A stretch of DNA of 64,000 nt. Source: an uncultured Candidatus Rokubacteria bacterium (GTDB taxonomy: Bacteria > Methylomirabilota > Methylomirabilia > Rokubacteriales > CSP1-6). The DNA lies in assembly GCA_963762145.1 (NCBI GenBank), contig CAVXJS010000021.1, positions 640,001 to 704,000 on the forward strand. The letters run 5' to 3'. This document shows positions 9,219 through 19,087 of the stretch, one piece after another (position 1 is the first letter of the stretch; each line of letters starts with the position of its first letter). Below the pieces are notes generated by a model. The model had not been told where the DNA came from, did not search any database, and was given only the letters and a program-made list of their open reading frames with translations. A program made the position numbers and the translations under genes.

Positions 9219-10262
9219 TCAGGCCAGCGCGATCCGGATCTCGCGCAGCGGGCGGGGGCCGCGCCGCGCCTCGGGGCCCGTGGACGCGGCCGGCTCCGGC
9301 CGGGGGGCGTCCGCGTCGTACAGCGCGAGCTCGGTGAGCATGCGCCGCAGGTGCGTGCGGCCGTGGCCGAGCGGGACCGCGCAGGCCGCGCCCGCCAGCT
9401 CCACCCCCGCGCCCGCGCGGACGAGCGCCACCGCCAGCGAGGCCGCCTCCGAGAGCCCGCGCTCGAGCGCCTCGGTGCCGCGCCGGCCGCGCCCGACCAG
9501 CACCAGGCGCGTGTTCGGGCTCGTGTCCGCCTCGAGCTCGCGCACCAGGAGGCCGTCCGTCTTGGCGCTGCTGCGCCAGTGGATGAAGCGCGGGTCGTCG
9601 CCCGACCGGTAGGCGCGCAGGTTGTAGAGGTCGTTGCCGCGGCCGCGCCGCCGGGCGGAGGCGTCGCCGCTCTCGCCGAGCCGGCGGAGCGTCTCGGCCG
9701 AGACCGGGTGCACCGCCGGGAACACGACCACGTCGTCGGTGAGGGCGGGCCGCCCCGCCTTCACGAAGAGGCCGAAGGGAAAGCGCGTGGTCAGTCGCAC
9801 GCCGGTGAGGCGATGGCGGCCGCGCTGCGGCAGCGTCTCCTCCCAGGTCGCGAGGCGCTCGAGCCCCGCCTCGATCCGGCGCACGTAGATGAAGCGCGAG
9901 GAGGAGTCGAGCGAGCGCGCCTCGGGGGCGAGCAGCTCCACCGTGACCGAGTAGGAGGTGAACCAGCCCTTGCGATTGGCGAGCGCGGCCCCGAGGAGCG
10001 CGGGCTGGCCCGCGTAGATCTCGTCCGGCGCGATGCCGGTCAGGTGGAGGCCCCGCATGCTCTGCTCGGAGAGGATGCCCGAGACCACGATGAGAGCCAG
10101 CAGGGCCGAGACCAGCAGGTAGAGCAGGTTGTTGCCGGTGTTGATGGCGGCGACGCCCAGTCCCACCGCCACGAGCAGGCACCACCAGCCGTCGCGGGTG
10201 GGCTTGATGGTCCGGCGCGGGTGGAAGAGCCGCCAGATCGCGGCCCGGACCAGCGTCAGCAC
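9219..10262 (-). CDS. DUF58 domain protein
   Basis: AAINTGNNLLYL, TRFPFGLF, LRAYRSGDDPRFIHWRSSAK. Confidence 0.9.
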   Translation of the reverse strand: MLTLVRAAIWRLFHPRRTIKPTRDGWWCLLVAVGLGVAAINTGNNLLYLLVSALLALIVVSGILSEQSMRGLHLTGIAPDEIYAGQPALLGAALANRKGWFTSYSVTVELLAPEARSLDSSSRFIYVRRIEAGLERLATWEETLPQRGRHRLTGVRLTTRFPFGLFVKAGRPALTDDVVVFPAVHPVSAETLRRLGESGDASARRRGRGNDLYNLRAYRSGDDPRFIHWRSSAKTDGLLVRELEADTSPNTRLVLVGRGRRGTEALERGLSEAASLAVALVRAGAGVELAGAACAVPLGHGRTHLRRMLTELALYDADAPRPEPAASTGPEARRGPRPLREIRIALA

Positions 10263-10263
10263 G

Positions 10264-11199
10264 CTACCTCGGAACGGGAACGTCCTGCAGGATGGCGGTG
10301 ACGGCGGCCTCGCCGTCCATCCCGCCCGCCGCGGAGCCCGCGAGGGAGCCCTTGACGATCACGCGGTGGGCGAGCGCCGGCACCGCCAGGTGCTTGACGT
10401 CGTCGGGCAGCAGGTAGTCGCGCCCGTCGGCGAGCGCGCGGGCGCGGGCGGCGCGCAGCAGGGCGAGCGAGCCGCGCGGGCTCACCCCCAGCGCGAGCAG
10501 GGGCGACCGGCGCGTGGCGGTGACCAGCGCGACCAGGTAGTCGAGGACCGATTCCTCCACCCGTACCTTGTCGGCCGCCTCCTGGAGGACCAGCACGTCG
10601 TCGGCCTCGACCACCGGCATGAGATCGGCGGGCGCGATGTCGCCGCGCAGCACCGCCTTCTCGTCGGCGGCGGCCGGGTAGCCGATGCGGATGCGCAGGA
10701 GGAAGCGGTCGAGCTGCGATTCGGGGAGCGGGAAGGTGCCCTCGTACTCGCGCGGGTTCTGGGTGGCCAGCACCATGAAGGGACGCGGCAGCGGATAGGT
10801 CGAGTGGTCGAGCGAGACCTGCGCCTCGTTCATCGCCTCGAGCAGCGCGGACTGCGTCTTGGGCGTGGTGCGGTTGATCTCGTCGGCGAGCACGATGTTG
10901 GTGAAGAGCGGGCCCGGCTTGAAGACGAACTCCGCGCGCTTGGGCTCCCACACCGAGACCCCCAGCACGTCGGAGGGCAGCATGTCGGACGTGAACTGGA
11001 TGCGCTGGAACGAGGCCCCGATGGACCGGGCCAGGCCCGAGGCCAGCGTGGTCTTGCCCACCCCGGGCACGTCCTCGATCAGCAGGTGCCCGCGGGCGAC
11101 CAGGCCGATGACGGCGAGCCGCACCACCTCCGGCTTTCCGACCAGCGCGCGCCCGACGTTTTCCTCGAGACGGCGGATGGTTTCCGTCGAGTCGCCCAT
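10264..11199 (-). CDS. moxR: MoxR family AAA+ ATPase
   Basis: [52 protein letters not shown]. Confidence 0.95.
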   Translation of the reverse strand: MGDSTETIRRLEENVGRALVGKPEVVRLAVIGLVARGHLLIEDVPGVGKTTLASGLARSIGASFQRIQFTSDMLPSDVLGVSVWEPKRAEFVFKPGPLFTNIVLADEINRTTPKTQSALLEAMNEAQVSLDHSTYPLPRPFMVLATQNPREYEGTFPLPESQLDRFLLRIRIGYPAAADEKAVLRGDIAPADLMPVVEADDVLVLQEAADKVRVEESVLDYLVALVTATRRSPLLALGVSPRGSLALLRAARARALADGRDYLLPDDVKHLAVPALAHRVIVKGSLAGSAAGGMDGEAAVTAILQDVPVPR

Positions 11200-11284
11200 A
11201 GGATTCCACTATACCGTACGGGCATTTTTCGGCCCGCGCGGGTCGCTGGCCGGACCCGCGCCCATCGGCTACACTGGCCCCGCG

Positions 11285-12112
11285 ATGGCCTTCGGTCCAC
11301 CCCCCACCGTCTACTGGCCCCGCGGCGCCCGCGCGGCCTGCGCCTTCACCTTCGATCTGGACGCCGAGACGCTGTGGATGGCCCGCGGCGTTCACGAGCC
11401 GGTCACGCTCTCGCAGGGCCGGTTCGGGCCGGTGGAAGCGTTGCCGCGCATCCTGGCGCTGCTGCGAACCCACGACATTCGCGCCTCGTTCTTCATCCCG
11501 GCCTGGGTGGCCGAGCACCACCAGGACGCGGTGCGCGCCATCGCGGACGGCGGCCACGAGATCGGCTGCCACGGCGACGAGCACGAGCGGGTGAGCGAAT
11601 TGCCGCCCGACCGCGAGGAGGCCATCCTGGCCCGCAGCGTGGACGTGCTCACGCGCCTCGGGGGCACGCGCCCCCTCGGGTACCGCGCGCCCGCCTGGCA
11701 GCTCTCGGCCGCGACGATCCCGCTGCTCGTGCAGTACGGCTTCGCCTACTCCTCGAACATGATGGACCGGCTCTCGCCGTACCTGCATCCGGTGGTGGGG
11801 GGCCGCGCGCTGGTGGAGATCCCGGTGTCGTGGGTGCTCGACGACGCCCCGTACTTCATGTTCACCGGCCAGCGGGCGATCCAGCCGCCGGGTCCGGTGC
11901 TGCAGGGCTGGCTCACCGAGTTCGAGGGCATCACGGAGGCGCACGGGGTGACCAACTTCACCTTCCACCCCCAGATCATCGGCCGGCCGTCACGCCTGGC
12001 CTGCCTGCGCGAGCTGATGGAGCACGCGCGCCACACGCCGCGGGTGTGGATCGCCTCGCTCGGCGAGATCAGCGCCCACTACCGCACCGCGCTGGAGAGC
12101 GCGGCGGGCTAG
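11285..12112 (+). CDS. Polysaccharide deacetylase family (PuuE-like)
   Basis: FTFDLDAE, GHEIGCHG..HE, GYRAP, FTFHPQIIGRPSR. Confidence 0.88.
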   Translation: MAFGPPPTVYWPRGARAACAFTFDLDAETLWMARGVHEPVTLSQGRFGPVEALPRILALLRTHDIRASFFIPAWVAEHHQDAVRAIADGGHEIGCHGDEHERVSELPPDREEAILARSVDVLTRLGGTRPLGYRAPAWQLSAATIPLLVQYGFAYSSNMMDRLSPYLHPVVGGRALVEIPVSWVLDDAPYFMFTGQRAIQPPGPVLQGWLTEFEGITEAHGVTNFTFHPQIIGRPSRLACLRELMEHARHTPRVWIASLGEISAHYRTALESAAG

Positions 12113-13044
12113 GCGCGGAAGGCGGGCGCGACCTCGGCCATGAAGCGATCGAGCGTGGCGTGGCGATCGGCGGGGAGCAGGAAGGTCGGGACGAAGAGCA
12201 TGCCCACGCCGGCGTCCCGGAGCGTCGCCAGCTTGTCCTTGATCTGGCTCACGCTGCCCGCGAGCACCGTGTCGCGCGCCTTCTCCGCGTCGGCGCCCAT
12301 CCGCTTCATGTAGGCCTGCTCGATCTTCTCGATCCCCGCGCGGTCGTCCGCGAAGCCCAGCACCATCACCGCCGAGCGCAGGATGCTCTTCGGATCGCGC
12401 TTCTCCGTCGCGCAGTGCTGATCGAGGATCCCGCCCTTGTGCCGCAGGGTGGCCGGGCCGCCCCACACGTTCCAGTGATCGGCGTGCCGGGCCGCGATGC
12501 GCAGGGTGACCTTCTCGCCCCCGCCGCCGATCATCAGCTCGGGGTACGGCTTCTGCACCGGCTTGGGCATGAGCGGCGCGCTCTCGAGCTGGTAGTACTT
12601 GCCCTTGTAGTCGGCCTTGGTCCCGGTCCACAGCGCCTTCATCACGTGGCAGGCCTCGTCGAGGCGCGCGAGCCGCTCGCGAGTGGTGTAGAAGTCCATC
12701 CCGTAGGCGCGGTGCTCGTTCTCCTGCCAGCCCGCGCCGACGCCGCAGATGAGCCGGCCGCGGGAGATGATGTCCACGTTGGTGGCCATCTTGGCGAGCA
12801 GCGCGGGATGGCGATAGGTATTGCCGCTCACGATCGTGCCCACGCGCAGGCGCGTGGTCAGGCCGGCCAGCGCGGCGAGCGCGGTCCAGCACTCGAGGGT
12901 GTCGCCGACGCGGTCGGCGGTGTTGGGCATGAAGTGGTCGGTGACGCAGGCCGCGTCCCATCCGGTCTCGTCCGCGTGGCGCCACAGCGTGAGGATCTCG
13001 TCCCAGGTCGTGCCGGTCATGCCGGTGAAGATGGAGAATTTCAT
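12109..13044 (-). CDS. LLM-class oxidoreductase, probably F420-dependent (TIGR03560-like)
   Basis: DHFMP, LECWTALAALA, GNTYRHPALLAKMA, GVGAGWQENEH, IGGGGEKVTLRIAARHADHWN. Confidence 0.88.
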   Translation of the reverse strand: MKFSIFTGMTGTTWDEILTLWRHADETGWDAACVTDHFMPNTADRVGDTLECWTALAALAGLTTRLRVGTIVSGNTYRHPALLAKMATNVDIISRGRLICGVGAGWQENEHRAYGMDFYTTRERLARLDEACHVMKALWTGTKADYKGKYYQLESAPLMPKPVQKPYPELMIGGGGEKVTLRIAARHADHWNVWGGPATLRHKGGILDQHCATEKRDPKSILRSAVMVLGFADDRAGIEKIEQAYMKRMGADAEKARDTVLAGSVSQIKDKLATLRDAGVGMLFVPTFLLPADRHATLDRFMAEVAPAFRA

Positions 13045-13082
13045 GGTGGCTGGATGCTACGGGCCGTCATGGGAGAGGTCAA

Positions 13083-13979
13083 GTGGAAACCGGGTTCCTG
13101 ATCATTCACCCGGGCGCGCTGGGCGACGTGCTCCAGGCGGTGCCCGCGCTGCGCGGCCTCCGCGCGGCGGCGCCCGCGGCGCCGATCACGTTCGTGGGCC
13201 AGCCGCGGCTCGCGCACCTGCTCGTCGAGCTCGGCGCGGCGCAGCGGGCGCGCACCTTCGACGGCTTCGGCCTCGAGGCCCTCTTCGCGGACGCGCCGAC
13301 GCCGGCCGCGCTGGCGGACGCCATGAGCGGCGCGAGCCACATCGTCTCGTGGTTCGGCTCGCGCGACGAGACCTACGGCCGCCGGCTCCGCGCGCTCGCC
13401 CCCCGGGCGCTCGTCGCGCCGCCGGTGCCCGGGGACGACACGCCGGTCTGGCGGCACCTGCTCGGAACGCTGACCGGCTGGGATCTCGCGATCCCGGAGC
13501 GCGTGGAGCCGCTGCGCGCGCCCCCCCTGCCCGCGGGCGATGCCGCGAGCCGGCCCCGCCTGGTCGTGCATCCGGGGAGCGGCGGCGACTGGAAGCGGTG
13601 GCCGGTCGAGCGCTTCGCGGAGGTGATCCGCGGGCTCGGTCAACCGCGCAACCTCGAGATCCTGGTGCATCAGGGCCCCGCGGACGCGGAGCCGGCGCAG
13701 CGCCTGCTGGCGCTGCTCGAGGGCGAGGCGACCGTGCTGCTCCAGCCCGACCTGCCACGGCTCGCCGCGGTGCTCGGCACCGCCCGCGCCTACCTGGGCG
13801 GTGACTCCGGGGTAAGCCACCTGGCCGCCGCGGTGGGCGCCCCGAGCGTGGTGCTGTTCCCGCCCGCGACCTCCCGACGCTGGACGCCCTGGAGCCCGAC
13901 CGCGGTACCGGTCGAGCTCCAGGGCGTGGACGGCGACGTCGCGCGCGCGCGCGAGGCGCTCGCGCTCATGCTCGGCTGA
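13083..13979 (+). CDS. Glycosyltransferase family 9 (heptosyltransferase-like)
   Basis: HPGALGDVL, VHPGSGGDWKRWP, YLGGDSGVSHLAAAVG. Confidence 0.88.
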   Translation: METGFLIIHPGALGDVLQAVPALRGLRAAAPAAPITFVGQPRLAHLLVELGAAQRARTFDGFGLEALFADAPTPAALADAMSGASHIVSWFGSRDETYGRRLRALAPRALVAPPVPGDDTPVWRHLLGTLTGWDLAIPERVEPLRAPPLPAGDAASRPRLVVHPGSGGDWKRWPVERFAEVIRGLGQPRNLEILVHQGPADAEPAQRLLALLEGEATVLLQPDLPRLAAVLGTARAYLGGDSGVSHLAAAVGAPSVVLFPPATSRRWTPWSPTAVPVELQGVDGDVARAREALALMLG

Positions 13980-14456
13980 TCACTTCTCGGCGTAGGAGCG
14001 CAGCATCCAGGCCATCTTCTCGTGCTTCTCCATGAGGCCGGTCAGGAAGTCGTTGGTGCCGGCGTCGTTGTGCTTCTCCATCACGGTTTCCAGGTCCGCC
14101 CGCAGGGACCGCACCAGGGCCTCGTGGTCGGCCTGCAGGTTCGCGACCATGGTCAGCGCGGGCGGCTGCTTGCCCGGCTGCTCCTCGAGCCGCGTGTGCT
14201 GCGAGAACTCGGCCAGCGTGCCGAAGGCCTTCCCGCCCAGCGAGCGGGCGCGCTCGGCCACGTCGTCCACGACCTCGTCGAGGGCCTCGTACTGCGCCTC
14301 GAAGAACTTGTGCAGGTCGTTGAACTGGGGGCCCACCACGTTCCAGTGGTAGTTGCGGGTCTTCGTATAGAGCACGTACTCGTCCGCGAGGACGGTATTG
14401 AGGATCTTGACGATGCTGTCCCGGTTGGATTCGGAGATGCCGATATTGAGTGTCAT
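13980..14456 (-). CDS. dps: Dps DNA-binding ferritin-like protein
   Basis: LADEYVLYTKTRNYHWNVVGPQFNDLHKFFE, DDVAER, HEKMAWML; GGAGG SD before the ATG at 14456. Confidence 0.95.
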   Translation of the reverse strand: MTLNIGISESNRDSIVKILNTVLADEYVLYTKTRNYHWNVVGPQFNDLHKFFEAQYEALDEVVDDVAERARSLGGKAFGTLAEFSQHTRLEEQPGKQPPALTMVANLQADHEALVRSLRADLETVMEKHNDAGTNDFLTGLMEKHEKMAWMLRSYAEK

Positions 14457-14479
14457 GTGTCCCTCCCTCCAACCCTTCA

Positions 14480-14508
14480 GATGCAGCCGGGGGCCTCCCG
14501 GCTGCATC
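14480..14508. terminator. 12-bp GC-rich hairpin between the comEA-like gene and dps
   Basis: gatgcagccggg-ggcct-cccggctgcatc; no U-tract, so it may be a stabilising or processing stem instead. Confidence 0.5.
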
Positions 14509-14525
14509 GTTCCGCCACTTTCTTG

Positions 14526-14846
14526 CTATTTCTGCTTGGCGACCACGTGGTCCTTGATCTTGTCGTAGGTGGCCTGCGGCACGACCTTCTTCTGGACCAG
14601 CTCGTCCTTCCGCTTGTAGGGCCGGTTCTGGACGATCTTCTTGGCGTAGGCGTCCCCGATGCCCGGGACCATCTTGAGATCGGCCTCGCTCGCGGTGTTG
14701 AGGTCGATCGGGTCGTGGCCCATGGACTTCATGTCGCTCTTGGCCGGGGGCGTGGGGGCCTTGGGGGCCTGGGCCCAGGCCGCGGGTGCGCTCAGCGCGC
14801 CGACCGAGAACAGGGCCACGACGAGTAACGCGATCGATCGCTTCAT
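14526..14846 (-). CDS. Exported helix-hairpin-helix protein (ComEA-like)
   Basis: Signal peptide ending AWA; IDLNTASEADLKMVPGIGDAYAKKIVQNRPY. Confidence 0.88.
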   Translation of the reverse strand: MKRSIALLVVALFSVGALSAPAAWAQAPKAPTPPAKSDMKSMGHDPIDLNTASEADLKMVPGIGDAYAKKIVQNRPYKRKDELVQKKVVPQATYDKIKDHVVAKQK

Positions 14847-14877
14847 GCGGTGCCCTCCTGCTGAAATGAGTGAGCTC

Positions 14878-15240
14878 CTAGCGAATCCCCAGCAGCTCCA
14901 CCTCGAAGATCAGGGTCGCCCCGCCCGGGATGACCCCGCCGGCCCCGCGGTCACCGTAACCCAGGTGCGCGGGGATGATCAGCTTGCGCTTGCCGCCCAC
15001 CTTCATGGAGATGACGCCCTCGTCCCAGCCCTTGATGACCCGGCCCTTGCCCACCGGGAACTCGAACGGCGTGCCGCGGTCCACCGAGCTGTCGAACTTC
15101 GTGCCGCTCTTGAGCCAGCCGGTGTAGTGCACGCTCACGGTGTCGCCGGTCTTCGGCTGAGCGCCGGTCCCCTCCACCAGGTCCACGTAGCCCAGCCCCG
15201 TCGCGGTCTCGACGACCTGCTCGTCGTTCTTGTCGGCCAT
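14878..15240 (-). CDS. FKBP-type peptidyl-prolyl cis-trans isomerase
   Basis: VHYTGWL..GTKFDSS.DRG.PF, VIKGWDEG, IPAHLGYG, TLIFEVELL. Confidence 0.96.
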   Translation of the reverse strand: MADKNDEQVVETATGLGYVDLVEGTGAQPKTGDTVSVHYTGWLKSGTKFDSSVDRGTPFEFPVGKGRVIKGWDEGVISMKVGGKRKLIIPAHLGYGDRGAGGVIPGGATLIFEVELLGIR

Positions 15241-15289
15241 GCGGTGCGCTCCTTTCGCGCGTGCTGCAGGTGGACGGCGGGCTCCGGCC

Positions 15290-16168
15290 CTAGCCGGCGG
15301 CCGCCGTCGGGAACAGGCGATCCAGATCCCGCGCCAGCGCGTCCGAGACGCGCGTGAGGGGCAGCCGGCACTCCGCCGAGGCGATCAGGCCCTGGCGCCA
15401 GAGGCAGTGCTTGATCGGAACCGGGTTCGGCTCCTTGAAGAGCAGCGGCACCATCGCCTCGAGGCGCGACCAGGCCTTGAGCGCGCCCTGGTGATCGTTG
15501 GCGGCCATGCGCTCGTACACCGAGAGGAACGTCGCGGTCTCGACGTGCGCGGAGGCGAGGATGCCGCCGTCGCCGCCGTGGGCCAGCATGGTGTAGAAGA
15601 ACGCGTCCTCCCCGGTCAGCACCGCGAATCCGGACGGGCGCTGCCGCAGCAGATCGAGCGACTGGACGATGCTGCCGGACGAGTCCTTCACGCCCGCGAT
15701 GTTGGGAACGTCGGCTAGCGCGAGCAGGGTCTCGTTGGTGAGATTCACGCCGGTGCGATAGGGGATGTTGTAGATCAGGATCGGCCGGTCGGTGGCCTCG
15801 GCCACCCGGGTGAAGTGCTCGCGCATGCCGTCCTGGCTCGGCCGGTTGTAGTAGGGGCAGACCGAGAGGATGCCCTGCACCGCGTGCTTCTGCAGCCGCT
15901 TCACCGCCTTCACGACCTTGCGGGTGTCGTTGCCGCCGACGCCCACCAGGATCGGCACTCGCCCCGCGACGGTGGCCACGGTGCGCTCGACGAGCGCCTC
16001 GGTCTCCGCCTCGTCGATCGTCGGGCTCTCGCCGGTGGTGCCGAGCGGGATGACCCCGGTGACCCCGGCGCGCACGTAGTGGTCGAGCAGGCGCTCGTAG
16101 CCCGCGTGGTCCACGAGGCCGTCCTTGAACGGAGTGATGATCGGCAGCCAGACGCCGGAGAAACGCAT
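15290..16168 (-). CDS. dapA: 4-hydroxy-tetrahydrodipicolinate synthase
   Basis: LGTTGES, PYYNRPSQ, IYNIPYRTG, GVKDSSG, EPNPVPIK. Confidence 0.9.
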   Translation of the reverse strand: MRFSGVWLPIITPFKDGLVDHAGYERLLDHYVRAGVTGVIPLGTTGESPTIDEAETEALVERTVATVAGRVPILVGVGGNDTRKVVKAVKRLQKHAVQGILSVCPYYNRPSQDGMREHFTRVAEATDRPILIYNIPYRTGVNLTNETLLALADVPNIAGVKDSSGSIVQSLDLLRQRPSGFAVLTGEDAFFYTMLAHGGDGGILASAHVETATFLSVYERMAANDHQGALKAWSRLEAMVPLLFKEPNPVPIKHCLWRQGLIASAECRLPLTRVSDALARDLDRLFPTAAAG

Positions 16169-16186
16169 CGCTCTACCTCCTGGACT

Positions 16187-16861
16187 TCAATAGTACCAGC
16201 GGTGCAGCCGCGCGGGGGCCACCCCGCAGAAGTGCAGGAAGCGGAGGGCCCACATGAGGCCGATGGTGCGCAGGGGGCCCTCCCGCTCCCACTTCCGCGC
16301 GGAGGTGGTGACGCGCAGGCGGAGCGCGCGCATCCGTCCGCGGCGCTTCAGGGCGCGGCTCAGCTCGATGTCCTCCATCAGCGGGATCTCGGGATAGCCC
16401 CCGATCGCCTCGAAGTCGGCCCGGCGCACGAAGATGGCCTGATCGCCGGTGCAGATGCCGGAGGCCCGCGAGCGGGCGTTCATGAACCAGGCGATCACCC
16501 GGAAGAGAGCGCGCGCGTTGTCGAAGCGCACGTCGAAGCGGCCGCCCACCACGCCCGGCTCGGCGAGGGCCTGCGCGATGGCCTCCGCCGCGCCCGCGGG
16601 CAGGCGCGTGTCGGCGTGCAGGAACAGCAGCGTGTCACCGCCGGTCGCGCGCGCGCCGTGGTTCATCTGGAGCGCCCGGCCCCGCGCGGTCTCGAGCAGC
16701 TGCGGTCCCGGCGCGCGCGCCACCACCGCCGCGGTCTCGTCGCGGCTGCCGCCGTCCACCACCACGATCTCGGCCCCGGGACAGTCGCGGGCGAGGTCGG
16801 GCAGGAGGCGGGCGAGATTGGCCGCCTCGTCGAGAGCCGGGATGACGATCGCGAGCCTCAT
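16187..16861 (-). CDS. GT2 glycosyltransferase, TIGR04283-like (rSAM/selenodomain- or arsenosugar-associated)
   Basis: IVIPALDE, VVDGGSRD, GRALQMNHGA, LLFLHADT, GDQAIFVRR, LMEDIELSR, VTTSARKW. Confidence 0.9.
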   Translation of the reverse strand: MRLAIVIPALDEAANLARLLPDLARDCPGAEIVVVDGGSRDETAAVVARAPGPQLLETARGRALQMNHGARATGGDTLLFLHADTRLPAGAAEAIAQALAEPGVVGGRFDVRFDNARALFRVIAWFMNARSRASGICTGDQAIFVRRADFEAIGGYPEIPLMEDIELSRALKRRGRMRALRLRVTTSARKWEREGPLRTIGLMWALRFLHFCGVAPARLHRWYY

Positions 16862-17604
16862 CGAACCGGCGCGATGGTCAGCGCGTCGTAGTAGGCGACG
16901 GCCCGCTCGCCGGTGTCGTCGGTGTCGGTCATCAGCGCGATGCCCACGATGCGGGGCGGCTCCCCGCCCATGATGCGGCGATACTCCTCGTAGATGTCCC
17001 GGGTCTCGGTGACCCAGCGCCCCGCCTCCGCGGCCCCGCTGCGGGCCACCACGATCTTCGCGCGAGCGGTGTAGGCATTGTCGAGCACCGTGCCCACCGG
17101 CAGCCGGCTCTCCCACACGTAGTTGAGGGCGACGCCGGGCGGGTAGCGGCCGTAGAAGAGCCGGTACGCGGCGAAGCGCGCGCGCTCCCACAGCGAGGCG
17201 CCGGCCGGATCGTACTGGAAGGCCACGTACACGCGCGCGGCGTAGTCGTCGCCCTGCTTGCGCCGCGGATCGGACTTGTCGAGCACGTGATCCACCTTCC
17301 AGCGCCAGGAGAGCACGCGGTGGACCTTCGGGTCGAGATCGAGCGGGTGATAGAGGCCGGAGGCCGCCGCGTCGCTCTCCGCGCGCAGCACCCATCGCCC
17401 GCCCTCCAGCACCACGGTGTAGCGCGTGTGGCGGGCCACGCGGGGGAAGGTGAGCGCCTCCCAGCCCGAAGGCGGCGCCGTCGCATCCGTGGGCGGCGTG
17501 AAGTCGCCGAGCCGCAGCGGCTCGGCCGCCCCGCCGGCGGCGACCGCACACAGCAACCCGAGCAGCGCGGCGCCCAGGCGCGCGCGGCCGGCGCGCGACG
17601 TCAT
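16858..17604 (-). CDS. DUF3047 domain exported protein
   Basis: Signal peptide; LSWRWKV, KQGDDYAARVYVAF, LNYVW, WVTETRDIYEEYRR, IALMTDTDDTG. Confidence 0.88.
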   Translation of the reverse strand: MTSRAGRARLGAALLGLLCAVAAGGAAEPLRLGDFTPPTDATAPPSGWEALTFPRVARHTRYTVVLEGGRWVLRAESDAAASGLYHPLDLDPKVHRVLSWRWKVDHVLDKSDPRRKQGDDYAARVYVAFQYDPAGASLWERARFAAYRLFYGRYPPGVALNYVWESRLPVGTVLDNAYTARAKIVVARSGAAEAGRWVTETRDIYEEYRRIMGGEPPRIVGIALMTDTDDTGERAVAYYDALTIAPVR

Positions 17605-18290
17605 CCCGGGCGCAGCAGGTCGTCGAGCGCGGCGCTCCGGCCGCGCAGCCAGCGCGGCAGCAGCGAGAGCGCGACGAGCAGCACGCCGGCCAGGCCCAGC
17701 AGGAGCAGCATGCGCCGCGCGTCCCAGGCGCCCGCCACCACCGCCCCCGCCGCCGCGGTGAAGGCCAGCGTGCCCGGCAGCATGCAGAGGAACGACGTCA
17801 CCGCGTACGAGCCGAACCCGATCGAGGTGAGTCCGTAGGCGTAGTTCTGGAGGTTGAACGGGAAGATCGGCACCAGCCGCGTGACCATCACGATGCGGAA
17901 CCCGTGCCGCGCCACCGCGCGGTCCATGCGCTCGATCGCCGGATAGCCGGCCATCCAGCGCGCCACCGCCGCGCGGGCCGCGTAGCGCGCGATCAGGAAG
18001 GACAGGCAGGCGCCGGTAGTGGCCGCGATCGCCGCGTAGACCGTGCCCCACGCGGCGCCGAAGACGAGCCCGGCAAGGATGGTGAGGGGCAGCGCGGGGA
18101 CGAAGGCGACCACCGCGATCACGTAGCCCAGGACGAACACCAGCGGCGCCCACGCGCCCAGCCCCTCGATGCGCTCGCGCAGCCGGGCCAGGTTCTCGAG
18201 CCGGATCAGGTCGGTGAGCCCGAGGGCGCGGACGACCACCACCGCCAGCGCGAGGGCCAGCAGCGTGACGACCAGCAGCCGCCGGCTCAG
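17601..18290 (-). CDS. TVP38/TMEM64 (VTT/DedA-like) membrane protein
   Basis: LTILAGLVFG, SFLIARY, RLVPIFPFNLQNYAYGLT. Start uncertain; a CTG overlapping the upstream TGA is assumed. Confidence 0.88.
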   Translation of the reverse strand: MSRRLLVVTLLALALAVVVVRALGLTDLIRLENLARLRERIEGLGAWAPLVFVLGYVIAVVAFVPALPLTILAGLVFGAAWGTVYAAIAATTGACLSFLIARYAARAAVARWMAGYPAIERMDRAVARHGFRIVMVTRLVPIFPFNLQNYAYGLTSIGFGSYAVTSFLCMLPGTLAFTAAAGAVVAGAWDARRMLLLLGLAGVLLVALSLLPRWLRGRSAALDDLLRPG

Positions 18291-19087
18291 TACTTGCCCC
18301 GGGCGCGCTCGCGGGCGGGCAGGTTCTCCAGGCAGGTGGTCCACCAGCCGGTGCGGATCGTCTCCGCGAACTCGGCCGGCAAGCCCTCCCGGTCCATCTC
18401 GCGGGCCAGCGTCTCGTGATCGTAGACGAGCGGCACGAACTCCACCTGGAGGTCGGGCGCCGCGGTCAGCACCGCGTACCAGACATTGGTGCGGCCGTCG
18501 TTCTCGGGCCGCCCGATCACGCCCACGTTCACCGCGTGGCGGGCGTCGGGCAGCGCGCGATGCCACTTCATGCCGGTGTGGGTGCACAGCATCACGTCGG
18601 CCTCCGCGCGGTCCATCAGGTGGCGCAGCAGCCCGTTCGGCGTCGCCGACTCCCACAGGAACTCGTTGACCACGCGCGGGGAGCCGTGGCACATCAGCAC
18701 CCGGTGCGGTCCCAGCTTGAGCCGCCGGTGGCGCGGCAGCGCGCCGAGCCACGTCTTGTTCTCGGCCGAGGTGTGCTCGAACGTGTAGCGGTAGCTGATC
18801 GCCGCGTAGTGATTGTCGCGCGGGTCGGTGTAGCCACAGCCGCAGTCGGTGCGCCCGGAGGCGAGCGACTCGTCGTAGTTGCCCTGGATCGCCACGACCC
18901 CGTGCTCGCGCAGGAGCGGGAACACGCGGTCCGGATGCGGGCCGAAGCCGCCCATGTCGCCCAGGCAGAACACCGCCTCCACGTCGCGGGCCCGCGCGTC
19001 GGCCAGCAGCGCCTCGAGGGCGAGCGCGTTGCTGTACACCCCGCCGAATACCGCGATCCGCCGGTACTCGCCTAGCTGTTCCGACAC
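18287..19087 (-). CDS. Calcineurin-like metallophosphoesterase with extra Cys motifs
   Basis: FGGVYSN, FCLGDMGGFGPHP, IQGNYD, DCGCGY, CHGSPR, CTHTG, WWTTCLE. Confidence 0.85.
   Translation of the reverse strand: MSEQLGEYRRIAVFGGVYSNALALEALLADARARDVEAVFCLGDMGGFGPHPDRVFPLLREHGVVAIQGNYDESLASGRTDCGCGYTDPRDNHYAAISYRYTFEHTSAENKTWLGALPRHRRLKLGPHRVLMCHGSPRVVNEFLWESATPNGLLRHLMDRAEADVMLCTHTGMKWHRALPDARHAVNVGVIGRPENDGRTNVWYAVLTAAPDLQVEFVPLVYDHETLAREMDREGLPAEFAETIRTGWWTTCLENLPARERARGKY

Noticed and set aside
7154-11199. MoxR-DUF58-transglutaminase operon as a novel system
   Set aside because: A widespread, already described MoxR gene arrangement; nothing unusual seen here.
2999-13101. Very long alternative-frame ORFs, e.g. 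2999-5614(+), 7421-9337(+), 10129-13101(+), and many similar ones later in the window
   Set aside because: Arg/Gly/Ala/Pro-rich shadow ORFs opposite or overlapping well-supported genes; expected in very GC-rich DNA where stop codons are scarce.
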